Shown here piece by piece: positions 56,057 through 64,000 of a stretch of DNA of 64,000 nucleotides. A program made the translations under genes and the position numbers. This DNA comes from Candidatus Woesearchaeota archaeon (lineage in GTDB: Archaea; Nanobdellota; Nanobdellia; Woesearchaeales; GW2011-AR9), in NCBI GenBank assembly GCA_945861715.1, contig CAMAVK010000002.1, positions 106,662 through 170,661 on the forward strand, given 5' to 3'. Each line of letters starts with the position of its first letter. Position 1 is the first letter of the stretch. The notes beneath the pieces were generated by a model. The model was given only the letters and a program-made list of their open reading frames with translations, had not been told where the DNA came from and ran no database searches.

Positions 56057-56827
56057 TTAGAATTCGTTGTTTGTTTGGAGGATGGTGTCAAGCGTGGAGA
56101 TGGTGATGGATTTATCAGGGGAGAGGTGCTCGGCGGCGTTTATATCGTACACCCAGGGTCCGAGACTATCTACTTTTCGAAGAAAAAAATAAGAGGTGAT
56201 TGGATCGAATGGGAAAGCTGTGAGCATGTTTTCTAAAGCCGCTTGGGGTGTTGGAAATATTGGTTGTGATACTTCGTCATTACTTGTGAAGCCCCAATAA
56301 TTGTTCATTTCAAATAAGGTGAAGGCATGTCCTAGCGGTTGGTCACCAGATACTAAACCTACATACGTTTGCTGTATTTCAGGTATTTGAAGTAATCCGT
56401 AAAGTGCGAGGAGGGCAAATTCGTCACATACCCCAAACCCTAATTTGAGTGATTCTGTTGGTGGGTAGAATCGGGTTGTAAGGGCCAAATCGAATTCGGC
56501 TGAATCTAATTCAGGGTAGATTATATTTTGTGTTCCTAGAAATGTTCTCAGATTTGGGAGGTTCCATTGGGGCGATGGGTCTACAATAGTATTACTTTTC
56601 CAGAGGTTGTAGCTGCGTATTGGATTTTTTGGTTCAAAGAATGGGAATGGTGTTTGAAGGTGTTCGCTGAATGTGATGGTTGGTATGTCATTACTTGGTT
56701 CTCTAAGTGCGATTGATTTTTGGGTGAATTGGCTTGAGTTTTCTAATTTGGTTGTTTGATTTGAAATGTATACGAGGCCGAGATGGAGTGCTGCTGTTGG
56801 AATGATGGTTTTTGTGAATAGTTCCAT
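56057..56827 (-). CDS. Secreted transglutaminase-like (Cys-His-Asx) protein
   Basis: 'GFGVCDEFA', 'GHAFTLF', 'WGFTSND'. Confidence 0.7.
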   Translation of the reverse strand: MELFTKTIIPTAALHLGLVYISNQTTKLENSSQFTQKSIALREPSNDIPTITFSEHLQTPFPFFEPKNPIRSYNLWKSNTIVDPSPQWNLPNLRTFLGTQNIIYPELDSAEFDLALTTRFYPPTESLKLGFGVCDEFALLALYGLLQIPEIQQTYVGLVSGDQPLGHAFTLFEMNNYWGFTSNDEVSQPIFPTPQAALENMLTAFPFDPITSYFFLRKVDSLGPWVYDINAAEHLSPDKSITISTLDTILQTNNEF

Positions 56828-56902
56828 TTTAAGCTTATTTTTGTGTTCTTTTTTGAATGTTTTTGTCTTTTCTTAGTTTGTTTTGTGATACTAAGTATTA
56901 TG

Positions 56903-57481
56903 TTAAGGGTAGGATTTTTGCGTGGGGTTTAGTCTGGAAGCCAGTTGATCGTTGTAGAGCCATGGGCCTGGTTTGGTGATTTGTCGTTGACTTATCGAAA
57001 AGGTGGGGGTATTAATGTTCATCCCACTTCGTTTGATAGGTTGGAGTAGTGCTTGGCCTTTGGTGAGATAGGTGGTGTCTGAAACCGTAGTATTATTTGC
57101 GTAGCCCCACATGTTGTTATTGTCTTTAAAAACTACGTATGTGTGATGTGCGGTGTTGCCATTGACATCGGCTGCGACTTGGATGAGTTGGATTTCAGTT
57201 ATATAGGGGACTTGAAGGAGCATGGATGAAGTTAACATGGAAAGATCGTCACATATTCCGAAGCCTCTTTTGAGGGTAGTGTTTGGGGAAGTGTATAGTG
57301 ATAAGTAGGCGATATCATAGTTTTCTGAGTTTACTTGTGGGTAGATCACTTCTTGGTTTTGGTAGAATTCTTGGATTTCAGTTATGGTGTGGATGTTGTG
57401 AATTTTATGAAGTGGAAGGGTAGGTGTGCTTACTTGTGTTGCTGCAAGAGTTTGGGCGAGCAGGAGCGTGGTGAGGGACAT
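56903..57481 (-). CDS. Secreted transglutaminase-like protein (paralog of the adjacent gene)
   Basis: 'GFGICDDLS', 'HHTYVVF', 'WGYANN'; shares IYP and GPW.Y motifs with 56057-56827. Confidence 0.7.
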   Translation of the reverse strand: MSLTTLLLAQTLAATQVSTPTLPLHKIHNIHTITEIQEFYQNQEVIYPQVNSENYDIAYLSLYTSPNTTLKRGFGICDDLSMLTSSMLLQVPYITEIQLIQVAADVNGNTAHHTYVVFKDNNNMWGYANNTTVSDTTYLTKGQALLQPIKRSGMNINTPTFSISQRQITKPGPWLYNDQLASRLNPTQKSYP

Positions 57482-57634
57482 ACTTTTGTTAATGGTCTGG
57501 GTAGATTTAGATATGTGCTATAGATATTTAATTGAGTTTTGGAGTTTGTGAGTAATGTCTTTGGTCTACCGTGTTGTCCCTCAATAGTAATTAAACTAGA
57601 AATATTTATAAAGAATAGGCTCTTTTGTAGACGT

Positions 57635-58792
57635 ATGGTTATTCAGGGTCGCACGGGGAGGGTAGAGAAAGTTCAAGTAGGTGAAACTTCGTACTTTTTG
57701 AAGCGAAATGATGATGAACGTGTGACTGATTTAGAGGTTCGGATGTATGATGCTCTTCGAGCTGATTCTGGGTTAAGGGCTTCTGGTGTTCGTATTCCTA
57801 CTACTCTTGCTGGACCGGACGCTGCGTCTTTTTATGTGGAAGATTGTGGTCCGACGTATTCGGATCATTTACATTCTGGAGAAGGTGAGGCTGATTTGGG
57901 AAGTTTGTCTTATGCTCAGAATCTTGTTTCTGTTCGAGCTGATGTGAGTGCTGTTGTAAATTCTGCTCTTACTTCTTCGGATAAAGAGTATCTTACAGCT
58001 CGTGCTCAGGAACAACTTCGAGAGCGAACGGCTCAATTGATGGGGTATGTCGTGGATGACTCTGAATTGGAGAAACATAAATGGGCATATCGCGTGATGG
58101 GGGCTCTTGGAATTACGGATAATGCCTTTAAAGAGTTGTACACTTCAACTGTTGGTTCAGTGTTGGATTCTGGTCATGCTAAATATGGGACTTGGCTTAC
58201 AGATAATTGTATTCGTAATAATGCAATTGGAAAAGATGGGGTTGGCGTTATTCCGTTTGATTTCAATAGTTTACGCTATGGATTGAAGCAGATGGATGAG
58301 GGTGCGATGTTGGGGATGTATCTATTCAATAGTACTGTTGAGTTGTCGGAGTTGGATGGTCAAGAGTTGGTGCGCTCTGTTTGTGGTACTGTTGATGGTA
58401 TGTTGGATACAGAATATCATGATTTATTGATGGCGTCGATGTTTCATACGAATGCAATGCATGCGGGATATAGGACTCAGGATAGTCGGGAGTTATTTGC
58501 TTCACTTGTACATGATGTTGAGCGGGGTTATATTCGTACTCGCGATCCTGAGTTTTTAGAGCAATATTTTGAGTTTCGAACTGCGTTTGATGAAATAGAA
58601 ATTAATTCTTCTATTGTTAGTTTTATTGCGCGTGGTGAATATGGTTCTTTTGGTGAAGGGAAGGGATGGGATGTGAATAAGTTAGATCAGGCTATTACTC
58701 AAGCTACGTTTGGTCGTCGGTTTCCTTTTGTGTGTCATCCTTTGTATCAAGAGGGTGAATCACGGTGGTTTCAAAGTCGGGATGCGAAATAG
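57635..58792 (+). CDS. Kinase-fold (APH/phosphotransferase-like) protein
   Basis: 'YFLKR', 'LEVRMY', 'YVEDCG', catalytic-loop-like 'TDNCIRN' and 'PFDFN'. Confidence 0.6.
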   Translation: MVIQGRTGRVEKVQVGETSYFLKRNDDERVTDLEVRMYDALRADSGLRASGVRIPTTLAGPDAASFYVEDCGPTYSDHLHSGEGEADLGSLSYAQNLVSVRADVSAVVNSALTSSDKEYLTARAQEQLRERTAQLMGYVVDDSELEKHKWAYRVMGALGITDNAFKELYTSTVGSVLDSGHAKYGTWLTDNCIRNNAIGKDGVGVIPFDFNSLRYGLKQMDEGAMLGMYLFNSTVELSELDGQELVRSVCGTVDGMLDTEYHDLLMASMFHTNAMHAGYRTQDSRELFASLVHDVERGYIRTRDPEFLEQYFEFRTAFDEIEINSSIVSFIARGEYGSFGEGKGWDVNKLDQAITQATFGRRFPFVCHPLYQEGESRWFQSRDAK

Positions 58793-58802
58793 GTTTGGTT
58801 GT

Positions 58803-59744
58803 TTATTCTAGATAATATCCAATGGCAGCTGGTGAGCACATGTGTATTAATCTGATAATTTCTCGTGCGTAGGCGAGGATGATGTTTTGTGTGCCTTTTG
58901 ATTTTTCCAAAAGGGTGTCGTTTTCGTGTTGAAGTTGTTCTTTTTCATTGCTAATGTTGTTTAAGAGGTCTAGATCTTTTTTATAGAATGCTTCGTAGAA
59001 TTGTCTGAGGTAGGTATTTGTCTTTTGGATGTGAAATTCTATTTCTTTTGGGATTTGTGATGGTTTCTTGTGATGCGTGTTGTACAGGTAGATATAGGCG
59101 TGACTTATTAATGATAGTTTCGAGAGGATGTCATACAGAAATACCGTTTTGGGGTTAGAGAGTTGGGATCTAAGTACGGTTCGTCTGCAATAATTTGTGA
59201 GTTTATCGATTTGATGCTTGGTGGTTGCGAAGTCTTCTTTATTTTTGGTTGATTTTTTGTCTTGATGCGATTTTTCTTTTGCGATGAGGGATTCTGTTGT
59301 TTTGGTGCTTAATTCAAGTATTTGAAGGAAGACTTTTCTCATGATTATGTCGAATTTTTCTGGGTCGGGTTCGGCAATGTTTTGAATAATACAAAATTTA
59401 TCTTTGTTGGTTGTGATCTCAAATCCTAATAGTACGTCTCTGGCTATTTCTTCGACTATTTTTAGTTGTTCGTTCTTTGTGTATTTTATGTGAATAGTGT
59501 CAGAACCCAACCGGTATGATTGGTTTAGGATGTTTAATATCATTCGTTTATCATAGTTTTTGAGGTCGACGTTGATTGTTTTTTCACGTTTGGCAATTTC
59601 TGCAGTGATAAGAATACCTTGTGGTGTTTGAGTGAGTTCGATTTCTTGCGATGGATTTGAATCTAGGTTGTACTCTCGAATCCATTTGATAGGGAGAGTG
59701 ATGGTGAGACCGCCTTGACCTTGTTTGATGAGTTTGCGTTTCAT
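58803..59744 (-). CDS. AbrB-PhoU phosphate uptake regulator-like protein
   Basis: 'KRKLIKQG..LTITLPIKW' AbrB N-terminus, 'YRLGSDTIHI', 'LGFEI' and PhoU-like helices. Confidence 0.85.
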   Translation of the reverse strand: MKRKLIKQGQGGLTITLPIKWIREYNLDSNPSQEIELTQTPQGILITAEIAKREKTINVDLKNYDKRMILNILNQSYRLGSDTIHIKYTKNEQLKIVEEIARDVLLGFEITTNKDKFCIIQNIAEPDPEKFDIIMRKVFLQILELSTKTTESLIAKEKSHQDKKSTKNKEDFATTKHQIDKLTNYCRRTVLRSQLSNPKTVFLYDILSKLSLISHAYIYLYNTHHKKPSQIPKEIEFHIQKTNTYLRQFYEAFYKKDLDLLNNISNEKEQLQHENDTLLEKSKGTQNIILAYAREIIRLIHMCSPAAIGYYLE

Positions 59745-59829
59745 TTTTTGTTGTTTGGATTGTTTTTTGGGTGATGTTCTTTTTCTTTTTTGGTTAAATT
59801 GGCTTTATTCTTTATAATATTTGCTATTT

Positions 59830-59855
59830 TCATATTAATTATATTTTTAATATGA
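59830..59855. promoter_or_regulatory. 9-bp inverted repeat in the divergent promoter
   Basis: TCATATTAA-N8-TTAATATGA between the PhoU-like gene and the 59945 ORF; AT-rich, so weak evidence. Confidence 0.35.
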
Positions 59856-59944
59856 GTAAATTATAACTTGTGTCATGTTGTTACTTCATAATAACTAATT
59901 CAAGAATGCATAGATGTGCAATTTGAGAAATGGAGGAGAATAAA

Positions 59945-60445
59945 ATGGAAAATGAAAGTTGGGCAACAGTAGGTAAGGTAGCTGGATTTATTGTGGCTGG
60001 CGGTTTGGCTGTTGGAGGAATTTATAAGGTGGGTAGTTTTATTCACGACGAAGGATTCAGAGCAGGAAAGTATAAGGGTCAAGACGAGGCTCGTGCAGAT
60101 GCTGAAAAGGTTCTTGCACAGAAAGCGCAAAATGGTCAGATTTTTGGAATTGGATCTTGTATGCAATATGCATCTGCTGATACTGATAAGATTTCTCGGT
60201 TTGTTGGTAAGAATAATACTCCATGTGATGGACTTGAAGTTGTTGTATCACCAGAATCATTTTCAGTTCGGTCTCCAAAGTATGCTACTAGTTTTGATCT
60301 TGTTGATACTTTGAGAAATCCAGCTGTTCTTGTGTCTAAGGACTATAAGATCGAGTTGGGTGCGGGTAAATCACTTCCCGTGGTTTATGCATCTAATCCT
60401 GAAGCAAAGGATCCTTGGGTTAAAATTCAAGCGGATAAACAATAA
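59945..60445 (+). CDS. Hypothetical membrane-anchored protein
   Basis: GGAGG RBS before ATG 59945 and an N-terminal hydrophobic helix. Confidence 0.65.
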   Translation: MENESWATVGKVAGFIVAGGLAVGGIYKVGSFIHDEGFRAGKYKGQDEARADAEKVLAQKAQNGQIFGIGSCMQYASADTDKISRFVGKNNTPCDGLEVVVSPESFSVRSPKYATSFDLVDTLRNPAVLVSKDYKIELGAGKSLPVVYASNPEAKDPWVKIQADKQ

Positions 60446-60520
60446 TTTTTTCATAATTTTTTTATTTAGTTTGGAATTTGACTCCAAATATTTATAATCT
60501 CATTGAAATTCTTATTTTTT

Positions 60521-62107
60521 ATGACAAAGGGAATTTCATCTAAACCTACGGGGAGTGCCGTTTCTAACGGAAATGTTAACGTACAATCTAAGGCTTCATC
60601 TAAGCCTACTTCACAAGTACCTAACCCCCCTAAAGTAATAGCTGGTGGGGCTAGTTCTTCGGGTAAGGATATTAAGGGGCTTACAGCGACTAAAGATGAG
60701 GATTTTTCAGAGTGGTTTACACAGCTTATTCAGAAGGCGGAACTTATTGAATATAGTCCAGTATCTGGATGTTATATTTTACGACCAAACTCATATGCTA
60801 TTTGGGAGAAGGTTCAAGCTTTTTTTGATGGGTTGATTAAGGATGATGGCGTTAAGAATTGTTATTTCCCTATGCTCATTCCAGAATCCTTGCTTACAAA
60901 GGAGAAAAATCACGTGGAAGGGTTTGCTCCTGAAGTTGCGTGGGTTGATTATGGTGGAGACACGAAACTTGGTGAACGTCTTGCTATTCGACCTACATCT
61001 GAGACTATTATGTATGATGCGTATGCGAAGTGGATTCGATCCCATAAAGATTTGCCTTTACGTTTGAATCAGTGGTGCAGTGTTGTTCGCTGGGAGTTTA
61101 AGCATTGCACTCCGTTTTTACGTTCACGGGAGTTTTTATGGCAGGAAGGTCACACTGTCTTTGCAACGAAGGATGAAGCAGTAACTGAGGCACGTCGAAT
61201 TTTAGGATTTTATGAGCGAGTGTTTCGAGAGATGTATGCTGTTCCGGTTCTTTTAGGGACAAAATCTGAAGGAGAGAAATTCGCAGGAGCAGATTTTACA
61301 TTGTCTTGTGAAGCGTTTTTACCAAATGGAAAAGCAATTCAAGGGAGTACGTCTCATTATTTAGGTCAGAATTTTGCGAAAGCTTTTGGGATTGAGTTTG
61401 TTGATGAGAAGCAACAAAAGCAGTTTGGCCATCAAAATTCATGGGGTATTACAACTCGTTCAATTGGAGTTTGTATTTTAATGCATTCTGATGACAAAGG
61501 GTTAGTTCTCCCTCCCAAAGTTGCTCCAACTCCAGTTGTTATTGTTCCTTTGCTGTTTGACAAGGGTTCTGCTGAAGTGAAGAATGCCGTCGAAGGTGCT
61601 CGACTTCGATTGAAATCTGCTGGTGTTGTGTGTCATGTTGATGATCGAGAAGGCTATACTCCGGGATGGAAATATAATGAATGGGAAGTCAAGGGTGTTC
61701 CAATTCGTATTGAAATTGGTCCCAAGGATGTAGAGAAGAATCAAGCAATGGTTGTACGACGTGATACTGGTTTGAAAGTTGCAGTTGCGTTGGCTTCGCT
61801 TGGAGTTGAGATTCCTCGTATGCTTGAACTAATGCAATCTGACATGTTGGCTAAGGCTTCGCAGCTGCTTGAGTCAAGTATTGTACGCGCTGAGAGTGCT
61901 GCTGAGGTTGAGAAAGCATGTGGAAATAAGAAAATGGCTCTTGTTCCGTGGTGTGGTGGAAAGGAATGCGAGGAGAAGTTTAAGGAGAAGAGTGGCATTA
62001 AGTCTTTGAATGCTCCGTTTGATCAGTCACCGCTTAAGAAGGGGCAGAAATGTTTTGCTTGCAGTTCGGTTGCTATTCGATACCACTATTTTGGAAAGAG
62101 TTATTAG
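60521..62107 (+). CDS. proS: Proline--tRNA ligase (archaeal/eukaryote type)
   Basis: GFAPEVAWV, RPTSET, RWEFK..PFLRSREFLWQEGH, SWGITTR, GVPIRIEIGPKD and a C-terminal Cys/Zn domain ending FGKSY. Confidence 0.97.
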   Translation: MTKGISSKPTGSAVSNGNVNVQSKASSKPTSQVPNPPKVIAGGASSSGKDIKGLTATKDEDFSEWFTQLIQKAELIEYSPVSGCYILRPNSYAIWEKVQAFFDGLIKDDGVKNCYFPMLIPESLLTKEKNHVEGFAPEVAWVDYGGDTKLGERLAIRPTSETIMYDAYAKWIRSHKDLPLRLNQWCSVVRWEFKHCTPFLRSREFLWQEGHTVFATKDEAVTEARRILGFYERVFREMYAVPVLLGTKSEGEKFAGADFTLSCEAFLPNGKAIQGSTSHYLGQNFAKAFGIEFVDEKQQKQFGHQNSWGITTRSIGVCILMHSDDKGLVLPPKVAPTPVVIVPLLFDKGSAEVKNAVEGARLRLKSAGVVCHVDDREGYTPGWKYNEWEVKGVPIRIEIGPKDVEKNQAMVVRRDTGLKVAVALASLGVEIPRMLELMQSDMLAKASQLLESSIVRAESAAEVEKACGNKKMALVPWCGGKECEEKFKEKSGIKSLNAPFDQSPLKKGQKCFACSSVAIRYHYFGKSY

Positions 62108-62306
62108 GTTATTTTTTCTTTTTATGTTTTTTTAATTATTGTTTTTAGAGAATTTGTCTGTGTTGCTATGGACTTTTGTGAAGAAACTGGTTTAATTTTT
62201 AATTGATTGACGGCTTATAGCTGGGGTATGATATAACTATTATTGTACAAGCAGATATTAATATAATTATAACCTAAAACTAATCAGAATCAAAGAGAAG
62301 TGGAGA

Positions 62307-62627
62307 TTATTCTTTTGCAGTTGTAATGGGGTTTTCTGAAGTTTTTAAGATCGTTATTCTTTGATGATGATTTCGTGCGTTCATCACGCTTGATGCCATT
62401 TCAAATGTTGTGAGATTGTTTCGGAACTGAATGTGGTTATCTATTTCGTGTGCTCTTTGGTTAGATGATTCTTGTATTTCTGATTGCAAGGTATTTATTA
62501 AGGATGCATTTAGGGTGATGTGAGTTTTATTGGGGTTAATGTTATTTTGTATAGGTTTAATGGAGTTTAATTTAGGAGAGGTTGATAATTCTTGTAATTG
62601 AAACTGTGGTAATAGATTTTGGCTCAT
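62307..62627 (-). CDS. Hypothetical protein
   Basis: 106-aa low-complexity ORF with a TATA-like element upstream. Confidence 0.4.
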   Translation of the reverse strand: MSQNLLPQFQLQELSTSPKLNSIKPIQNNINPNKTHITLNASLINTLQSEIQESSNQRAHEIDNHIQFRNNLTTFEMASSVMNARNHHQRITILKTSENPITTAKE

Positions 62628-62707
62628 GGTATGTTTGCGAACGCTTTGGTATTTATGTATTCTGGTTTTGAGCCTGATGAATTACATGGGTTGGGATGGA
62701 GTTGAGA

Positions 62708-63232
62708 TTAGTTTTCGCCCAAGTATTTTTTGTAATGGTTATTTTTGCTTTGCATATCGAAGTATTTCTTGACCATACCGTGAAGTCCCCATACCCTATA
62801 ATATAATGTATCCCAATGATATACACTGCCGGAGATAAAAAAATATTTGTCAGCTAGATTTTGTAAGAATTTACTTCCTAAAAATCTATTTTGCCAGTCA
62901 TATTCTAATTTTGCATCAATGATAATGTACACACGTGCACTGGTTAATGTTCGTTTTTTGCCGTTGACATCTACATCTACATCTATCATATCCCATGTAT
63001 GGACGTTAATAGTAATGTGGTATTTGAGATATTCTGTTGCTTTTGTTTCTAATACCCATTCAATTTCTTCTTCAGCACCTGCGGGGGATGGGACTTTATG
63101 TTTGTAGGCCTTTTCAGTCCATTTATATGAATGGAGTTTTGCCCAATCGATAATTGCGGCGTATAATCCATCCCAATCAAAAATGCCACTGTACCTTAAG
63201 GTCATCTGAGGAAGTTTAGCATCTTTGGACAT
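62708..63232 (-). CDS. Conserved hypothetical protein (paralog of 33854-34468)
   Basis: 'LRYSGIFDWDGLYAAIIDW..EKAYKHKV..IEW' aligns by eye with 'LKYKDVLDFGEFYTAIYYW..EPYYGEKV..SRW'. Confidence 0.75.
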   Translation of the reverse strand: MSKDAKLPQMTLRYSGIFDWDGLYAAIIDWAKLHSYKWTEKAYKHKVPSPAGAEEEIEWVLETKATEYLKYHITINVHTWDMIDVDVDVNGKKRTLTSARVYIIIDAKLEYDWQNRFLGSKFLQNLADKYFFISGSVYHWDTLYYRVWGLHGMVKKYFDMQSKNNHYKKYLGEN

Positions 63233-63306
63233 ATGTTCTAGATGAAGAATTGGCTTTTTAAATATATAGTTTGGGTAAGGGGGTGATGCTTATTTTTTTA
63301 TATTTT

Positions 63307-63948
63307 TTAGTTTGTGTTGTCCTGGTATTCCTTTGCGAGTTTCATTGCATAGGTGGCTGCTTGACTTTTGCTTCCTTCCATTAATTTTATTCGAACATTT
63401 TTCAATGGACTTGATGAAATTTGAGAGAATTGCTCTTTTTGAGTTAATTCTATAGGTAGGGCAGTTACTGCTACTAAAAAACGGTTGTTGTAGTGTAGTT
63501 CTCGAACATAGCTTGTAATTTGCTGTGATGGTTGCGTATTTATTTGGGTAATTATTGAACATGCTTCTTCTGTGGGAGATGCGTTTAACATGTTGCCTGT
63601 GTCTAATGAATGATCTCGGACAATTTTGGCCCGGATGTGATGTATAACGCCTAGTTCTTTGCGAAGATAATCATGTATATAGTTAAAAAGCAATGATGCA
63701 TTGTGATGATTTGATTCGTGTTTTATTTGGTGATAATAGGTAAAATCAGTTTGAGAATCAGCAATAAAAGCCTGTATTGTGTGGGTATTGGCGGTTGGTT
63801 GATCCCAAAATATAATCCCATGTCGATTGGTATTTTGTGCTATATAGGTTATATTTCGACAACCTGCTAATTGTTGTGATTCAGGGTGTTTGTGGTCTTC
63901 ACTTAAGACGTCGACAATTTCACCAGGAAGTATTAATCGGGTATGCAT
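63307..63948 (-). CDS. Hypothetical protein
   Basis: 213-aa ORF with no recognised motif. Confidence 0.55.
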   Translation of the reverse strand: MHTRLILPGEIVDVLSEDHKHPESQQLAGCRNITYIAQNTNRHGIIFWDQPTANTHTIQAFIADSQTDFTYYHQIKHESNHHNASLLFNYIHDYLRKELGVIHHIRAKIVRDHSLDTGNMLNASPTEEACSIITQINTQPSQQITSYVRELHYNNRFLVAVTALPIELTQKEQFSQISSSPLKNVRIKLMEGSKSQAATYAMKLAKEYQDNTN

Positions 63949-64000
63949 TTGGAGGTCACTTTGGTTATTTTTATTTGTGTTCTGATAGGGAAATATTAAT

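Overview
This is a 64-kb archaeal chromosome segment, most likely from a DPANN/Nanobdellota (Woesearchaeota-like) organism. The archaeal call rests on ribosomal protein eS6, an archaeal class I CCA enzyme, archaeal SepF/FtsZ, archaeal-type ProRS, TATA-box leaderless genes and tRNAs with BHB-type introns; the lineage call is inference. The most striking element is a 15-kb co-oriented cluster (6951-22036) of eight secreted or membrane-anchored Cys-rich proteins. They combine cohesin-like beta-sandwich N-termini, dockerin-like Ca-loop pairs and thrombospondin type-3 repeats, with no recognisable catalytic domain. Three adjacent genes end in the same 95-aa split dockerin. I propose the cluster as a non-cellulosomal cohesin-dockerin surface or attachment scaffold. 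Next to it are a HEPN/MNT toxin-antitoxin pair, flanked by a degenerate duplication of the preceding gene's 3' end, and a PGF-pre-PGF surface glycoprotein. Two tRNAs (Ser-GCT, Arg-GCG) each carry introns at both 37/38 and 59/60. Other points of interest are an FHA-metacaspase fusion, tandem membrane-anchored MJ1316-like proteins, a voltage-sensor-only protein, transglutaminase-fold proteins, a skew-reversed cassette with REP-like hairpins, and strong G+T strand skew. No CRISPR array, rRNA, integrase, transposase or reverse transcriptase was seen. All domain calls are by eye from motifs; no database search was run.
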